DNA of 64,000 nt from Candidatus Bathyarchaeota archaeon (lineage in GTDB: Archaea; Thermoproteota; Bathyarchaeia; Bathyarchaeales; Bathycorpusculaceae): NCBI GenBank assembly GCA_963770935.1, contig CAVYRJ010000001.1:1-64000 (forward strand), given 5' to 3'. This document shows, one piece after another, positions 11,174 through 21,204 of the stretch. The number at the start of each line of letters is the position of its first letter. Position 1 is the stretch's first letter. The translations under genes were made by a program, and so were the position numbers. The notes beneath the pieces are model-generated. The model was not told the DNA's origin. It searched no databases and saw only the letters and a program-made list of their open reading frames with translations.

Positions 11174-11545
11174 TTAGATTGCTGTTGGCTCTTTTTGGCT
11201 TTCACTCTTAATCAACTTATCAATCATGTGCATGAAAAACGATTGCGCCTGCATTTCAGTGACTTTCTCAAGATAAACCGAGACCATGGCAATCTTGCCC
11301 TTTTTAGAAGCCACATACTCAGCAAACATCCGTGCAGAAATCATATTCTTATCTCCCAAAAGCACAGACGATGTTACTGAGCCTAAGAGGTCTTTGGGTT
11401 TGGGAACAGCTATTGCCAAGGTTCCAAGCTTGTCTTCATTTTCACTGAGCATTATCATACAGGAGTTTTTTGCTTCCACGTAGACTGCTAGAAAACGTGT
11501 ATCCTGTTGTTGTAATTCTTCTTTTACGACTTTGGCGCGTTCCAC
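11174..11545 (-). CDS. Proteasome assembly chaperone PAC4/PSMG4-like protein (putative)
   Basis: LGTLAIAVP...SSVLLGD...ARMFAEYVASKKGKIAMVS parallels PSMG4 as recalled (LAVAM...STSLLGD...LAQRLARKTNKQVFVS). Confidence 0.55.
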   Translation of the reverse strand: MERAKVVKEELQQQDTRFLAVYVEAKNSCMIMLSENEDKLGTLAIAVPKPKDLLGSVTSSVLLGDKNMISARMFAEYVASKKGKIAMVSVYLEKVTEMQAQSFFMHMIDKLIKSESQKEPTAI

Positions 11546-11622
11546 TTGCTTTCCCTTCTAAGGGTTGAGTAATGTAGCGTCTGCTTAAAAAACTTCACAA
11601 AACAATCTTTTTTGCCGATGTG

Positions 11623-12708
11623 CTAACCTATCAGTTTTTTGAGGATTGGTACCTTTCGCATTATTAAAATCAAGCCAAGAGTGAGGAAAAAGGTGAGTGC
11701 CGCAATTAAGGGGATTTCAACAATAGGATTTAGGGTTGTAAAGCTTAGTTTAAACCCAAAGAAGCCTCTTTCAAAAGACTCCAAGATTATTATGTGAAAT
11801 AGGAAAATTGGTAATGTGTTTTTGCTTATGGCGTGAATAAAGCGAGTGGCAGTTTTGTGGTTGGTTCCTGGCCAATCTGAGCGAAACTTTAGAAGAATCA
11901 TGAACAAAGCCGCCGAACCTGTAACTACAAACACTGTTAGATATTCAAAAAAGTAGTTGTTATGCATAAGAGCACTTAAGGGATAGTTCATCAGCCAAAC
12001 GCCAAATATTGTTCCAACAAAACCCGCAATTACTAAGCCGTATAATATGGCAGACTGTAACTTTACCCTCTGCAAGTATATGCCTAATACGAAGTAGCCT
12101 ACAAATCCTCCGAACAAAAAGACCGCGCTGTTTAAAACCTGACCGCTAACAAGTTCTGTGAGAGGTACCACAGCGACACCGGCAAACCAAAGCAAAACCA
12201 AGTACCTAAGAACCCTCCAGTTGCCGCCAGCTATCACTGCTCTTAAAAACGGGGTAATCAAGTATAGGCCAACGATGAGGTAAATAAACCAAAAGTGATA
12301 GTACGCTCCACTAAAAAGACTTCGTACAATGCTTTGACCTAAATTTTCTAGTGTGAAGACTACAGGGGGATTTGCCGTATAGAAGCTCCATGCAATGTAA
12401 ACGCCGCTCCAAAAAACAAATGCTAATCCAATGCGGCTTAACCTTTTCTTTAAAAACACCTTTATGGGCTCATTAAGCTTAGCAGGTTGAAGCAGCAGAG
12501 CCCCACTAAGCATAACAAACAAGGGCACACACGACAACGCTAAGCTTTTGTAAACAGCAGCCGTCCACCAGTAAGCCAACGGAACTGAAGACGCTTGCAA
12601 AGCTTCATTTGAAGCATGCAACAGTAAAACTAGAGCAATTGCTAAGGTGCGGATAAGGTCGTCTGGAATACCGATCCTTTGATTTGAATCCAAACCGTTC
12701 TTTTCCAA
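11623..12708 (-). CDS. Acyltransferase family 3 (OafA/WecH-like) membrane protein
   Basis: DLIRTLAI..V...H, VPLFVMLSGALLL, YHFWFIY; about 10 hydrophobic segments. Confidence 0.85.
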   Translation of the reverse strand: MEKNGLDSNQRIGIPDDLIRTLAIALVLLLHASNEALQASSVPLAYWWTAAVYKSLALSCVPLFVMLSGALLLQPAKLNEPIKVFLKKRLSRIGLAFVFWSGVYIAWSFYTANPPVVFTLENLGQSIVRSLFSGAYYHFWFIYLIVGLYLITPFLRAVIAGGNWRVLRYLVLLWFAGVAVVPLTELVSGQVLNSAVFLFGGFVGYFVLGIYLQRVKLQSAILYGLVIAGFVGTIFGVWLMNYPLSALMHNNYFFEYLTVFVVTGSAALFMILLKFRSDWPGTNHKTATRFIHAISKNTLPIFLFHIIILESFERGFFGFKLSFTTLNPIVEIPLIAALTFFLTLGLILIMRKVPILKKLIG

Positions 12709-12861
12709 TCAAGCGCGCCCTGCCCAAGTTATAGATTATTCTGCCGCAGAAACAACTTATAAAACTAATTGTTTTTCAACAAGATAAAAACTGTAACTGT
12801 TCTACAAGATAATCGGTTTAAGCTCTTTAGGTGAAGATAATAGGTTAAAAATTGCAGCGTT

Positions 12862-13533
12862 TTATTTTATAGTGTCATAGATTATTTTGGCGATTATTTT
12901 GGCGCCTTCGGGGTTGGGGTGGACGCCGTCGGGGAAATATTCAGGGTGGTCTTTCAGAGGCGTGTAAACATCGATTAGCCACACATTCATGTCAGTTGCC
13001 ACTTGATGGATGCGTGGAACTATCTCCTCCGCAAAAAATGTAGCCGTCCAAATCAAGGTTATTGTCAAAGAGGGGGGGAGGAACCACAAGGATAATCTGT
13101 TGGGTGCTATTCCAACGTGCAGACATAGTTCTATTTAGATACTCTTTCATAATTAGCTGTGAAATTAACGATTTTCGCGTAATTATCTGTTCGTGCATCA
13201 TTGGTTCCCAAGCATTATGATAACGGTGGTGGGCAGAAAGTTTCTTGCGTTAATGTAGGAATTTTCATAATAGTACGGTTGGTTGCTTCTCAAATTCACT
13301 GTTGCCCCGCAAATACCAAAGTTACCCACAACCGAATTGTTGCCAAACAGACTCTGCAGGTACTCGGGGTAACCAGTGATTTCAGTGATGCTGTCGCCCA
13401 TGCAGGCAATACGCGCCAACTTGACGTCAAAAGTGTTGCTTGCTAGAATTTCTGAAAAAACAACAGTTAAGCTTAATGTTACCACTAGAATTGTTGCAAC
13501 AATGAGGATAATTCTTTTTGTTTTTGAGATCAT
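12862..13533 (-). CDS. Membrane-anchored SGNH/GDSL hydrolase (two frameshifts)
   Basis: N-terminal TM; GDSIT, G..GAT, IIMLG(T)ND and DGVHPN spread over three consecutive ORFs. Confidence 0.8.
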
Positions 13534-13844
13534 TTTGCATTCTTTAGCGTGGATTTCATTGTCTATTGTGAAGATTAAGGGTTAGATGGAAGCTTTTTTG
13601 CTTTACGGTTCCAAGCAAAAAACTCGAGTTCAGAAAATAATACCAACATCTCAGCACGCTGAGCTTTAATTTTAAAAGAAGGATGAGGCATATGGTAATC
13701 ATGGTTAAGATAGTAGAATTAATCTGCGAATCGCTACCAAAGGATTGACGCAAAAGACATTTCCTCTACTTAGTCAACCTGCGAAAGCGTTATACGATGT
13801 AATGGTTACTGCTTTTCTCCTGTGTTACCAGAAAATACATAAAA

Positions 13845-15586
13845 AATTGTTAGAGAGAATGAAGTCGTAATTATTTCGGATGACCCTATGACTGGTAAAT
13901 CAGCCTTGCTGAAATTATTTGCCAATCGTTTAAGAATAGAAGGGGAAGTGATCGCCTTTTCGGTTGAGCGGTTTTCTGGTTCATCATTAAGCGCTTTCCT
14001 CCAATCTATTCAAGTATCAGGCGAGTTGTCCTCTATTTTATCAGCAATCGGCAGCGCACCAATCCGTTGTATCTTAATAGATGGCATTGAAAGAGCAAAA
14101 GAAGGAGACAAGCAACGTATTCTTAATGATTTGATTATATCTGTTGAGTCCCACAATAAATCAATTCTTGAATCTAATGGGCACCTTGAGAATTGCTGGA
14201 GAATAGTATGCACTTGTCGATTACAAGAAACCGAAAATATACTTCTTCATACACAATTTAGAAAGAATCTGGCGGCTAACAAATTAAGAACTACGGAGCT
14301 CGGTGGGCTGTCTAAAGAAGAGATATTTTATGTATCTGAAAAATTCCCGAAAATTGCAGACCTTGTATCTGAAGGAGATTTGCGATTTCTTATACCATTT
14401 CTTACATTCCAGGTGCGTTATCCAGCAAAGCATTCTATAATTAACAGTCTTAAAATGAAAGCACTTAGAAATTCTTTTATCTTAGGTTATAATGATAATT
14501 GTTTAAACATTTTTTCGGCTATTGCTGCCCAGTGAATGGTTCGATCTTTTAGAGTTGCTTAGTAGTGAGAAAAGTCTGTCGCCCCGATGGCGTCAAAGTG
14601 CATTGATAGTTCCACTTATTTCTCCTATGCTTCAAGACATCCTACCAACGATAAAGCCACAACTCTTTGAAAACAACGCTTTACTAAGCGATTTCTTGAA
14701 ATTTACCCGTACAATTTGTGTCAAAACGGATCCAGCGGTGTATTCTCTTCTTTATGGTTTAAGCGAGGAGGAAATTGAGCCATACTTACCATATTGGACG
14801 ATACCGATTGCAAAACAATGGATTCCAATTATCGAATTATTGCTTGAAAAACAAGAGATAGTTAAAGGTGAAGTGCTCAACGAGTTTTCATTTATTTGCG
14901 AAAAATGGATGACAAGGACTGTTAATGATACAGACCAATCACTAAGAAAGAGAATAGCTATTTTTAGTTTAAGTATTCTTAATAACGGCTTACTACAAGA
15001 GTACGAAGACCAACCTAAAAATCGATACATTGTTTCAGCTCTTTTCGCAGCAAACTGTCTGCCGAAAGAAATTTCCGAGTTTGTTCTGCTAAAAAGTTTA
15101 AGGAATCATGACAGGAAGATTTTAGGTTTTGAAGAGCTAATCGTAGATCAGGGCTGGATACCGCTTTGTCGATTCTTGCCCATAGTCGCGTTGAATGTAC
15201 TCAAGGCCATATTATGTGTCAAGCTAAAAAAGGATAGATTTGGACACTATGACCTATTTGAATTAGGAATCAGATATGGGCACCACTGGAATCCTCCAAC
15301 ATATCTCGAAGGCCCCTTTCTTGGATTCCTTAGAATTCATGAGGAAAAAGGACTCGCCCTAATTAATGCGGTAGTTGATCACGCGACTGAAGCTTGGATA
15401 AAACGAGAAACAATCGATAACAGGCAACCTGTTCCTCAGGTTATTAGGGTTAACGATGCGAACATTGAATTATGGGGAGACGAGCATGTTTACCATTGGT
15501 ACAGATATCCGAATGTTGCTCCCGATGCTATTGGAGAAGGATTACTTCTAGCTTTTGTACCTTCTTTTTCAGAAAAAAGTCGGTAA
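13845..15586 (+). pseudogene. Decayed STAND/NACHT-type NTPase (Avs-like) fragments
   Basis: Degenerate Walker A ISDDPMTGKS, Walker B CILIDGIE; downstream RWRQ, GPFLGFLR..EKGLALIN, WGDEHVYHWYR; truncated at both ends; looks AT-richer than flanking genes. Confidence 0.55.
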
Positions 15587-15994
15587 CAAAGTTTAGTAAT
15601 AATAAGCAAGCTTAAGCGCGTCATACCTGTGTTCACAAGAGCGTTAGTTGCATACCTTCGAAATTCAGGAGATTTTTATCACTATGATTCAAAGCTTTTC
15701 TATATGAAAAGTCATCATACAATTGGGCAAAGAATCATTTTCTATTTATGCTAATTAGCTTCGCGAAAGTACAGATTTGCTAAGATTTTATGGTATGCTT
15801 GTGACTGTCTGCACAACCAGAATACAATCTGAACCGGACTAGAAAACAAATTACGGCAAGCAGGTCAACCTGTTGGTTGTTGTTGTGGTATACGGACGTT
15901 TCTGTCACAACTACTGAGCGAAAAAGCATCGTTGCTTTGGTTGGAAACGCTTAATTAATAGCTTATCTTATTGCTGGTACGGAAGGAATAAAAA

Positions 15995-16369
15995 GTGAGT
16001 GACGAAATTTCAAAATTACCGCCTAACGTACAAGAAAGGCTTCTTAGACTCCAACAGCTGCAACAGACCCTGCAGACAATCTTAGCTCAGAAACAGCAGG
16101 TTGAGATGGAAAAAACCGAAGTTGACCAAACAATAGCTGAATTGACCAAGACAGCTGACGACGCAGTTATTTACAAAGCCATCGGTTCACTGTTGGTTAA
16201 GGCTGAAAAACCAAAAGTAACTGAGGAACTTAACGAGCGCAAGTCGCTTTTGGATACAAGAAGCACTGTTATGGCACGCCAAGAAGAACGCGTACGCAGC
16301 CAAGTTAAAGAAGCACAAACCAAACTGCAAGAAGACCTAAGCCCAGTCTCAGGTCAACCCCTATCTTAA
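15995..16369 (+). CDS. pfdB: Prefoldin beta subunit
   Basis: LPPNVQ, coiled coils, IYKAIGSLLV hairpin. Confidence 0.93.
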   Translation: MSDEISKLPPNVQERLLRLQQLQQTLQTILAQKQQVEMEKTEVDQTIAELTKTADDAVIYKAIGSLLVKAEKPKVTEELNERKSLLDTRSTVMARQEERVRSQVKEAQTKLQEDLSPVSGQPLS

Positions 16370-16380
16370 ACCTGGGATGC

Positions 16381-16671
16381 TTGATGGTTGAGCTCGGATT
16401 TCCAGAGCTAACCACCGAGCAAATCGAACTTTTATGCCAAACCGCTGAAAACGCAGCCAGAAAACACATTCTATCGAAACTCTCCAACAAAGACGTTGAC
16501 CGACTAGACATCAGCGTGGAAGCAGAAGGAACAAAACCAGTAAGCGTAACAGTTGAAATCAACCTTGTCCTGTCGCCTCAAACCAAAAACATCGATGCCC
16601 AAGCCTTGGTTAAGGAAGCTGCAGGTGTAGGACAGATGGCTGCTGAAAACTTTTTGAGAAAGATAAAATGA
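16381..16671 (+). CDS. DUF3194-like protein
   Basis: 'GFPELTTEQIELLC..AE.AAR..I.SK' and conserved position after pfdB. Confidence 0.65.
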   Translation: MMVELGFPELTTEQIELLCQTAENAARKHILSKLSNKDVDRLDISVEAEGTKPVSVTVEINLVLSPQTKNIDAQALVKEAAGVGQMAAENFLRKIK

Positions 16672-17663
16672 GCTTCAAAGAACTACTCCAACTTTTAGAG
16701 GAAAAGCAGGCCTCGTTTGTTTTGTTGTTGTGTCACCGCAGCGCCGACGCCGATGCGATCTGTTCAGCCTACGCATTGCAGGGCTTGCTTAAGCGGTTCT
16801 TGCCCAACATAGTTATTGAGATTGGCTGTCCACAGGGAGTCAACAAACCAGCTAAGCTACTGTTTGAATACTTACCAATAACCGTGAACCTTAAACCTAA
16901 CATTGAATCGGCAGAAGCCATAGTTCTCCTAGACATGAACACCGTCGATCAACTCGACGATGTCGCTGACGCAATAAGGAAGTCGCCTTCACCGAAAATA
17001 ATCATAGACCACCACGCACCCAGCCCTGAAACAATGCAAATCTGCAAGTTCTGCATGGTAGATGAGAAAGCCGCTGCTAACTGCGAATTAATCTATCGAC
17101 TTTTTAGCCAAGCAGAAGTCGAGCCTAACCTCAATGAGGCAAAAGCGTTGTTTGTCGGCATAGCGTTTGATACGAGACATTTTGCTTTGGCTAATTCGCC
17201 TACCTTTGAGATAATAGCTAAACTAGTTGTGAAAGGGATTGATGCTCAGCAAACGTTAGCGCTGTTTGCCCTACCAATCGATCCCTCAGAGCGGATGGCA
17301 AAGTTGAAGGCTTGCAAAAGAGCAAAAATCGTAAAGGTTGAAGGCTGGATTATTGCGCTTTCACATGTCAGTGCATATCAAGCGTCCGCAGCTAAAGCCC
17401 TAGTTGACATAGGTGCCCACATGTCGGCTGTGGCAGGCAAGAAAGAAGGAAAAGTAGAGCTGAGCCTACGTTGCACACGCCAATTCAACGAGCTTGCAGG
17501 CGTCCACTTAGGAGTAGACATAGCCGCGCCGCTAGGTGAATATTTAAATGGAGTCGGCGGAGGACACGCGATGGCTTCAGGCGTCAGCGGCAAAGGCGAA
17601 ATCCAAGAAGCACTCAAACAATGCCTTGTACTTCTAAAACAGAAAATAGCCAAAAACGCGTAG
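16668..17663 (+). CDS. DHH/DHHA1 phosphoesterase
   Basis: HRSADADA, IIDHH, GIAFDT, GGGHAMASG. Confidence 0.9.
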   Translation: MSFKELLQLLEEKQASFVLLLCHRSADADAICSAYALQGLLKRFLPNIVIEIGCPQGVNKPAKLLFEYLPITVNLKPNIESAEAIVLLDMNTVDQLDDVADAIRKSPSPKIIIDHHAPSPETMQICKFCMVDEKAAANCELIYRLFSQAEVEPNLNEAKALFVGIAFDTRHFALANSPTFEIIAKLVVKGIDAQQTLALFALPIDPSERMAKLKACKRAKIVKVEGWIIALSHVSAYQASAAKALVDIGAHMSAVAGKKEGKVELSLRCTRQFNELAGVHLGVDIAAPLGEYLNGVGGGHAMASGVSGKGEIQEALKQCLVLLKQKIAKNA

Positions 17664-17715
17664 CTACGCTTAAATGAGCAAACTCTCACGCTTAAGGTTA
17701 GCAGGCACAAAAAAC

Positions 17716-18567
17716 ATGGCTATAATTGAAACAAAAAACCTCACCTACACCTATCCAGGCGCCACAAAACCATCAATTGTGGACGTTTCCATTAAGGTGG
17801 AGAAGGGAGAGTTTGTTTTAATTACGGGTCCAAGCGGCTGCGGAAAAACAACACTGTGCCGATGCTTCAACGGATTAGTCCCGCATTTTTACCAAGGCGA
17901 AATGAAAGGCGAAATTTCGGTTGCTGGAATCGACACACTAAAACATCACACATACGAAATGGCAAAGCATGTGGGCTTAGTTTTCCAGAACCCCGAAAAC
18001 CAACTTTTTGCATTATCAATTGAAAAAGACGTTGCGTTTGGCTTGGAAAACATCGGGGTATCCAGAGAGAAAATGCGAAAAAAAGTCGATTGGGCACTAA
18101 ACCAAACAGGCATCTACGACATCCGAGAACGCTCACCCCACGAAATCTCTGGAGGACAGCAACAACGTGTGGCAATTGCATCTGTACTTGCAATGGAACC
18201 AGAAGTAATTGTGCTAGACGAGCCAACTTCTTTTCTGGACCCGCTTAGCGCCGAGAAAATTTTTGAGGTAATTTACAGGTTAAACAAGGAGCAGGGAATC
18301 ACGGTCATCCTTGTGGAGCATCGTTTGGATTTGACGGCGAAGTACGCTAACCACCTTATCGTTATGGATGAAGGAAAAGTGCGGTTTGAGGGCGACCCAA
18401 GACAAATCCTCAGCTCAGAAGAAACCCGTTTAATCGGAGTTGGAATCCCAAAGGCAACTCTGCTCTATCAGATGCTCAAAAAAGAAGGCTTAAACCTAGA
18501 TGACAAAACTCCGCTGTCTTCCGAGGAATTAGCTGACCAACTGCTTAAGGAGCTATCGCCCAAATGA
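17716..18567 (+). CDS. ecfA1: ECF transporter ATPase A
   Basis: GPSGCGKTT, FQNPENQ, ISGGQQQR, LDEPT. Confidence 0.9.
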   Translation: MAIIETKNLTYTYPGATKPSIVDVSIKVEKGEFVLITGPSGCGKTTLCRCFNGLVPHFYQGEMKGEISVAGIDTLKHHTYEMAKHVGLVFQNPENQLFALSIEKDVAFGLENIGVSREKMRKKVDWALNQTGIYDIRERSPHEISGGQQQRVAIASVLAMEPEVIVLDEPTSFLDPLSAEKIFEVIYRLNKEQGITVILVEHRLDLTAKYANHLIVMDEGKVRFEGDPRQILSSEETRLIGVGIPKATLLYQMLKKEGLNLDDKTPLSSEELADQLLKELSPK

Positions 18568-19391
18568 TTGAGGCACAGGACATTCGCTATTCTTACCCCA
18601 ACAAAGTTGAAGCTCTAAAAGGCGTCTCATTAACCATCCAAGACGGCGAATTTGTCGCTATTATGGGGCAGAACGGCGCGGGGAAATCCACCCTTGTCAA
18701 GCACTTCAACGGACTCCTCAAGCCTTCACATGGCAAGGTTCTCGTTGACGGCGGTGAAACCACCAAATCAAGCGTTGCAGCGTTAGCCCGAAACGTCGGC
18801 TTTGTCTTCCAGAATCCCGACCACCAACTTTTCAGCGAAACAGTTGAGGAGGAAATCGCGTTTGCACTCAAAAACTTCGGCTTCCAACCAGAAGTTATCG
18901 AGCAACGTGTCACGTGGGCTTTGAATCTTTTATCGCTAACTCAGTACCGAAAGACCTCGCCTTTCCTGCTAAGCGGTGGTGAACGGAAACGGGTTGCGTT
19001 GGCTTCGGTTTTAGCTTGGGACCCACAAACATTGATTTTGGATGAACCCACTATTGGACAGGACCATGAGCAGAAAGAGAAGCTGCGCCAATTCATAATG
19101 CAGATGCAAACCCAGAAAAAAACCGTCGTCACGGTAACGCATGATGTGGAGTTTGTGGCGGAATGCAATCCACGCGTGGTTTTGATGAAGGAAGGCAAAA
19201 TCGTCGCCGACGGCGAGGGAAAAGAAATTCTCACCGACCCCGCACTGCTGGAGTTGTCGTCGATTGTTCTGCCGCAAATCGCTCAAGTCTTCACTAAGCT
19301 GGCGCCGCTGGGTTTTCCCAAGGATATTATTGACCTCTATGAAGCCAAAGCAATAATCCTAAAAGCCAAGGAGAGCAGAAACCTGAAATGA
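18564..19391 (+). CDS. ecfA2: ECF transporter ATPase A'
   Basis: GQNGAGKST, FQNPDHQLF, LSGGERKR, DEPTIGQD. Confidence 0.9.
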   Translation: MIEAQDIRYSYPNKVEALKGVSLTIQDGEFVAIMGQNGAGKSTLVKHFNGLLKPSHGKVLVDGGETTKSSVAALARNVGFVFQNPDHQLFSETVEEEIAFALKNFGFQPEVIEQRVTWALNLLSLTQYRKTSPFLLSGGERKRVALASVLAWDPQTLILDEPTIGQDHEQKEKLRQFIMQMQTQKKTVVTVTHDVEFVAECNPRVVLMKEGKIVADGEGKEILTDPALLELSSIVLPQIAQVFTKLAPLGFPKDIIDLYEAKAIILKAKESRNLK

Positions 19392-20170
19392 GTGTTTTTG
19401 ACGGTTTAAGGTTCAGAAAAGTCTACTCTCCAATCCACAACTTAGACCCTAGAATAAAATTTGTGTACGTCATCGCCATCTTTGTGGTGGCAATTATTTT
19501 TAGCCAGATTATTCCATTGCTGGTTTTGTTCTTTATGCAGATTCCCTTTGTTCTGTTGGCGAGTGTCCAGAAGCAGTGGCTTCGTTCGTTGCGTGGCGCA
19601 GCTTTTCTGGCAACATTCATCTTTGTCGTTAACGTTGCAACAACGTATTTCACCTCAGGCTACCACCTAACGGCTTTCAACGTGGAAAATGCCGCTGCAA
19701 TGACCTTGAGGTTTGTGGTGCTTGTTGAGTCTTTCTCGGTGTTCTTCTTAACCACTTCACCCGACCACTTAGGTTTAGCCCTCGAGGAATCGCGTGTACC
19801 ATACGAGTTTGCATTTGCCTTCACAACCGCAGTCCGTTTTGTCCCCGTTTTGGCAGAAGAAGCCCAAACCATAATGGATGCGCAGAAAGCCCGAGGATTA
19901 GAGCTGGAGAAAGGCGGCTTGCTGAAGAGAATCAGGAACTACGTGCCTGTACTAATCCCATTAATTGTCAGCGCTATTCGCCGAAGCCTTGAGTTGGCTG
20001 AGGCAATGGAGTCTCGCGCGTGGGGTGCCACAAAAAAACGCACAAACCTGTACCTGCTAAGGCTGCACAAGGGCGATTTTGGTTTGGTCGCGATTACGGT
20101 CGGAATCTTGGTTGTGGCTGTTTACGTTCATTTCTTTGTGCATATTCCCACAATCGCTAGTTTATTCTAA
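19388..20170 (+). CDS. ecfT: ECF transporter T component
   Basis: LDPRIK, RFVP, AQKARG, AMESRAW. Confidence 0.9.
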   Translation: MSVFDGLRFRKVYSPIHNLDPRIKFVYVIAIFVVAIIFSQIIPLLVLFFMQIPFVLLASVQKQWLRSLRGAAFLATFIFVVNVATTYFTSGYHLTAFNVENAAAMTLRFVVLVESFSVFFLTTSPDHLGLALEESRVPYEFAFAFTTAVRFVPVLAEEAQTIMDAQKARGLELEKGGLLKRIRNYVPVLIPLIVSAIRRSLELAEAMESRAWGATKKRTNLYLLRLHKGDFGLVAITVGILVVAVYVHFFVHIPTIASLF

Positions 20171-20240
20171 AAACGTAATTTATTTCTGACAGAAAGCCTT
20201 AATGCAAACAAATCAACCCTAAAAATGAGAGAAGAGAAAG

Positions 20241-21122
20241 ATGACTGAGCACACTCGTTTTGGTCCTGCAGGCGTACCACCGATGTTTAGGCTCATGGGC
20301 GCAACGACTGCTGATGTCCCCAAACTTTTGCATGAAGAAGGATTGGATGCTTTCGAGTACCAAGCTTCCCGTTGGGGACCAAAACCGCAGATAAAACAGG
20401 AAGACGCAGAAAGGCTTGGCGCAGAATCAATAAAGAACGATGTTAAACTCAGCATGCATGGCTCATATTTTGTAAACTTGTCAGGGAAGAAGGAGGTTGT
20501 TGAAGCTAGCAAACGACGCTTAATTGCCTGTGCAACCGCAGCAGACTGGATGGGTGCTTACGTCGTTGTTTTTCACACGGGTTTCTATGGCAAATTCGAG
20601 AAAGACTACGCTTTCAAAACCTGCCTCACCGCCCTAAAAGAAATCAGCACAGAAATGAAAAGCCTCGGGTTAAAAGTGAAGCTTGGACCCGAAACCATGG
20701 GAAGAAAATTCCAAGTCGGTACCTTAGAGGAAATTCTAACAATCAACCAGGAAGTCGAAGGCACACAACTTGTTATCGACTGGGGACACCTTCATGCCCT
20801 GCACCAAGGAACTCTCAAAAAAGTTGAGGACTTCCGCGTAATAGCTGAAAAAGTCGAGCAAACCCTCGGCACAGAAGCCCTCAGAAGCATGCACTGTCAC
20901 TTTTCAAAAATCGAGTTCTCAAGCCAAGGCGAAAAACGCCACCACACCCTCGACGAAGAAAGATACGGACCAGAATTCCGCATGCTAGCGGAGGTAATTG
21001 TTGATTTTGGGTTGCATCCAACAATGATATGTGAGTCCCCAATTTTAGACGTTGACGCTAGGAAGATGCAAGCAACCCTAAAGGAAGTAATGGAAAGCAA
21101 GCAACAAAAAACTCAACCTTAA
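20241..21122 (+). CDS. nfo: Endonuclease IV (AP endonuclease family 2)
   Basis: FGPAG, SMHGSYFVNL, ETMG, IDWGHLHA, HCHFS, ICESP. Confidence 0.88.
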   Translation: MTEHTRFGPAGVPPMFRLMGATTADVPKLLHEEGLDAFEYQASRWGPKPQIKQEDAERLGAESIKNDVKLSMHGSYFVNLSGKKEVVEASKRRLIACATAADWMGAYVVVFHTGFYGKFEKDYAFKTCLTALKEISTEMKSLGLKVKLGPETMGRKFQVGTLEEILTINQEVEGTQLVIDWGHLHALHQGTLKKVEDFRVIAEKVEQTLGTEALRSMHCHFSKIEFSSQGEKRHHTLDEERYGPEFRMLAEVIVDFGLHPTMICESPILDVDARKMQATLKEVMESKQQKTQP

Positions 21123-21204
21123 ATTGCTTCCCTGGCTTAAAATAGTCTAAAAAGGCGTATAATAACCCAAATTTCATTTCCAAAAAGTCGAACAAATAGA
21201 TAGC

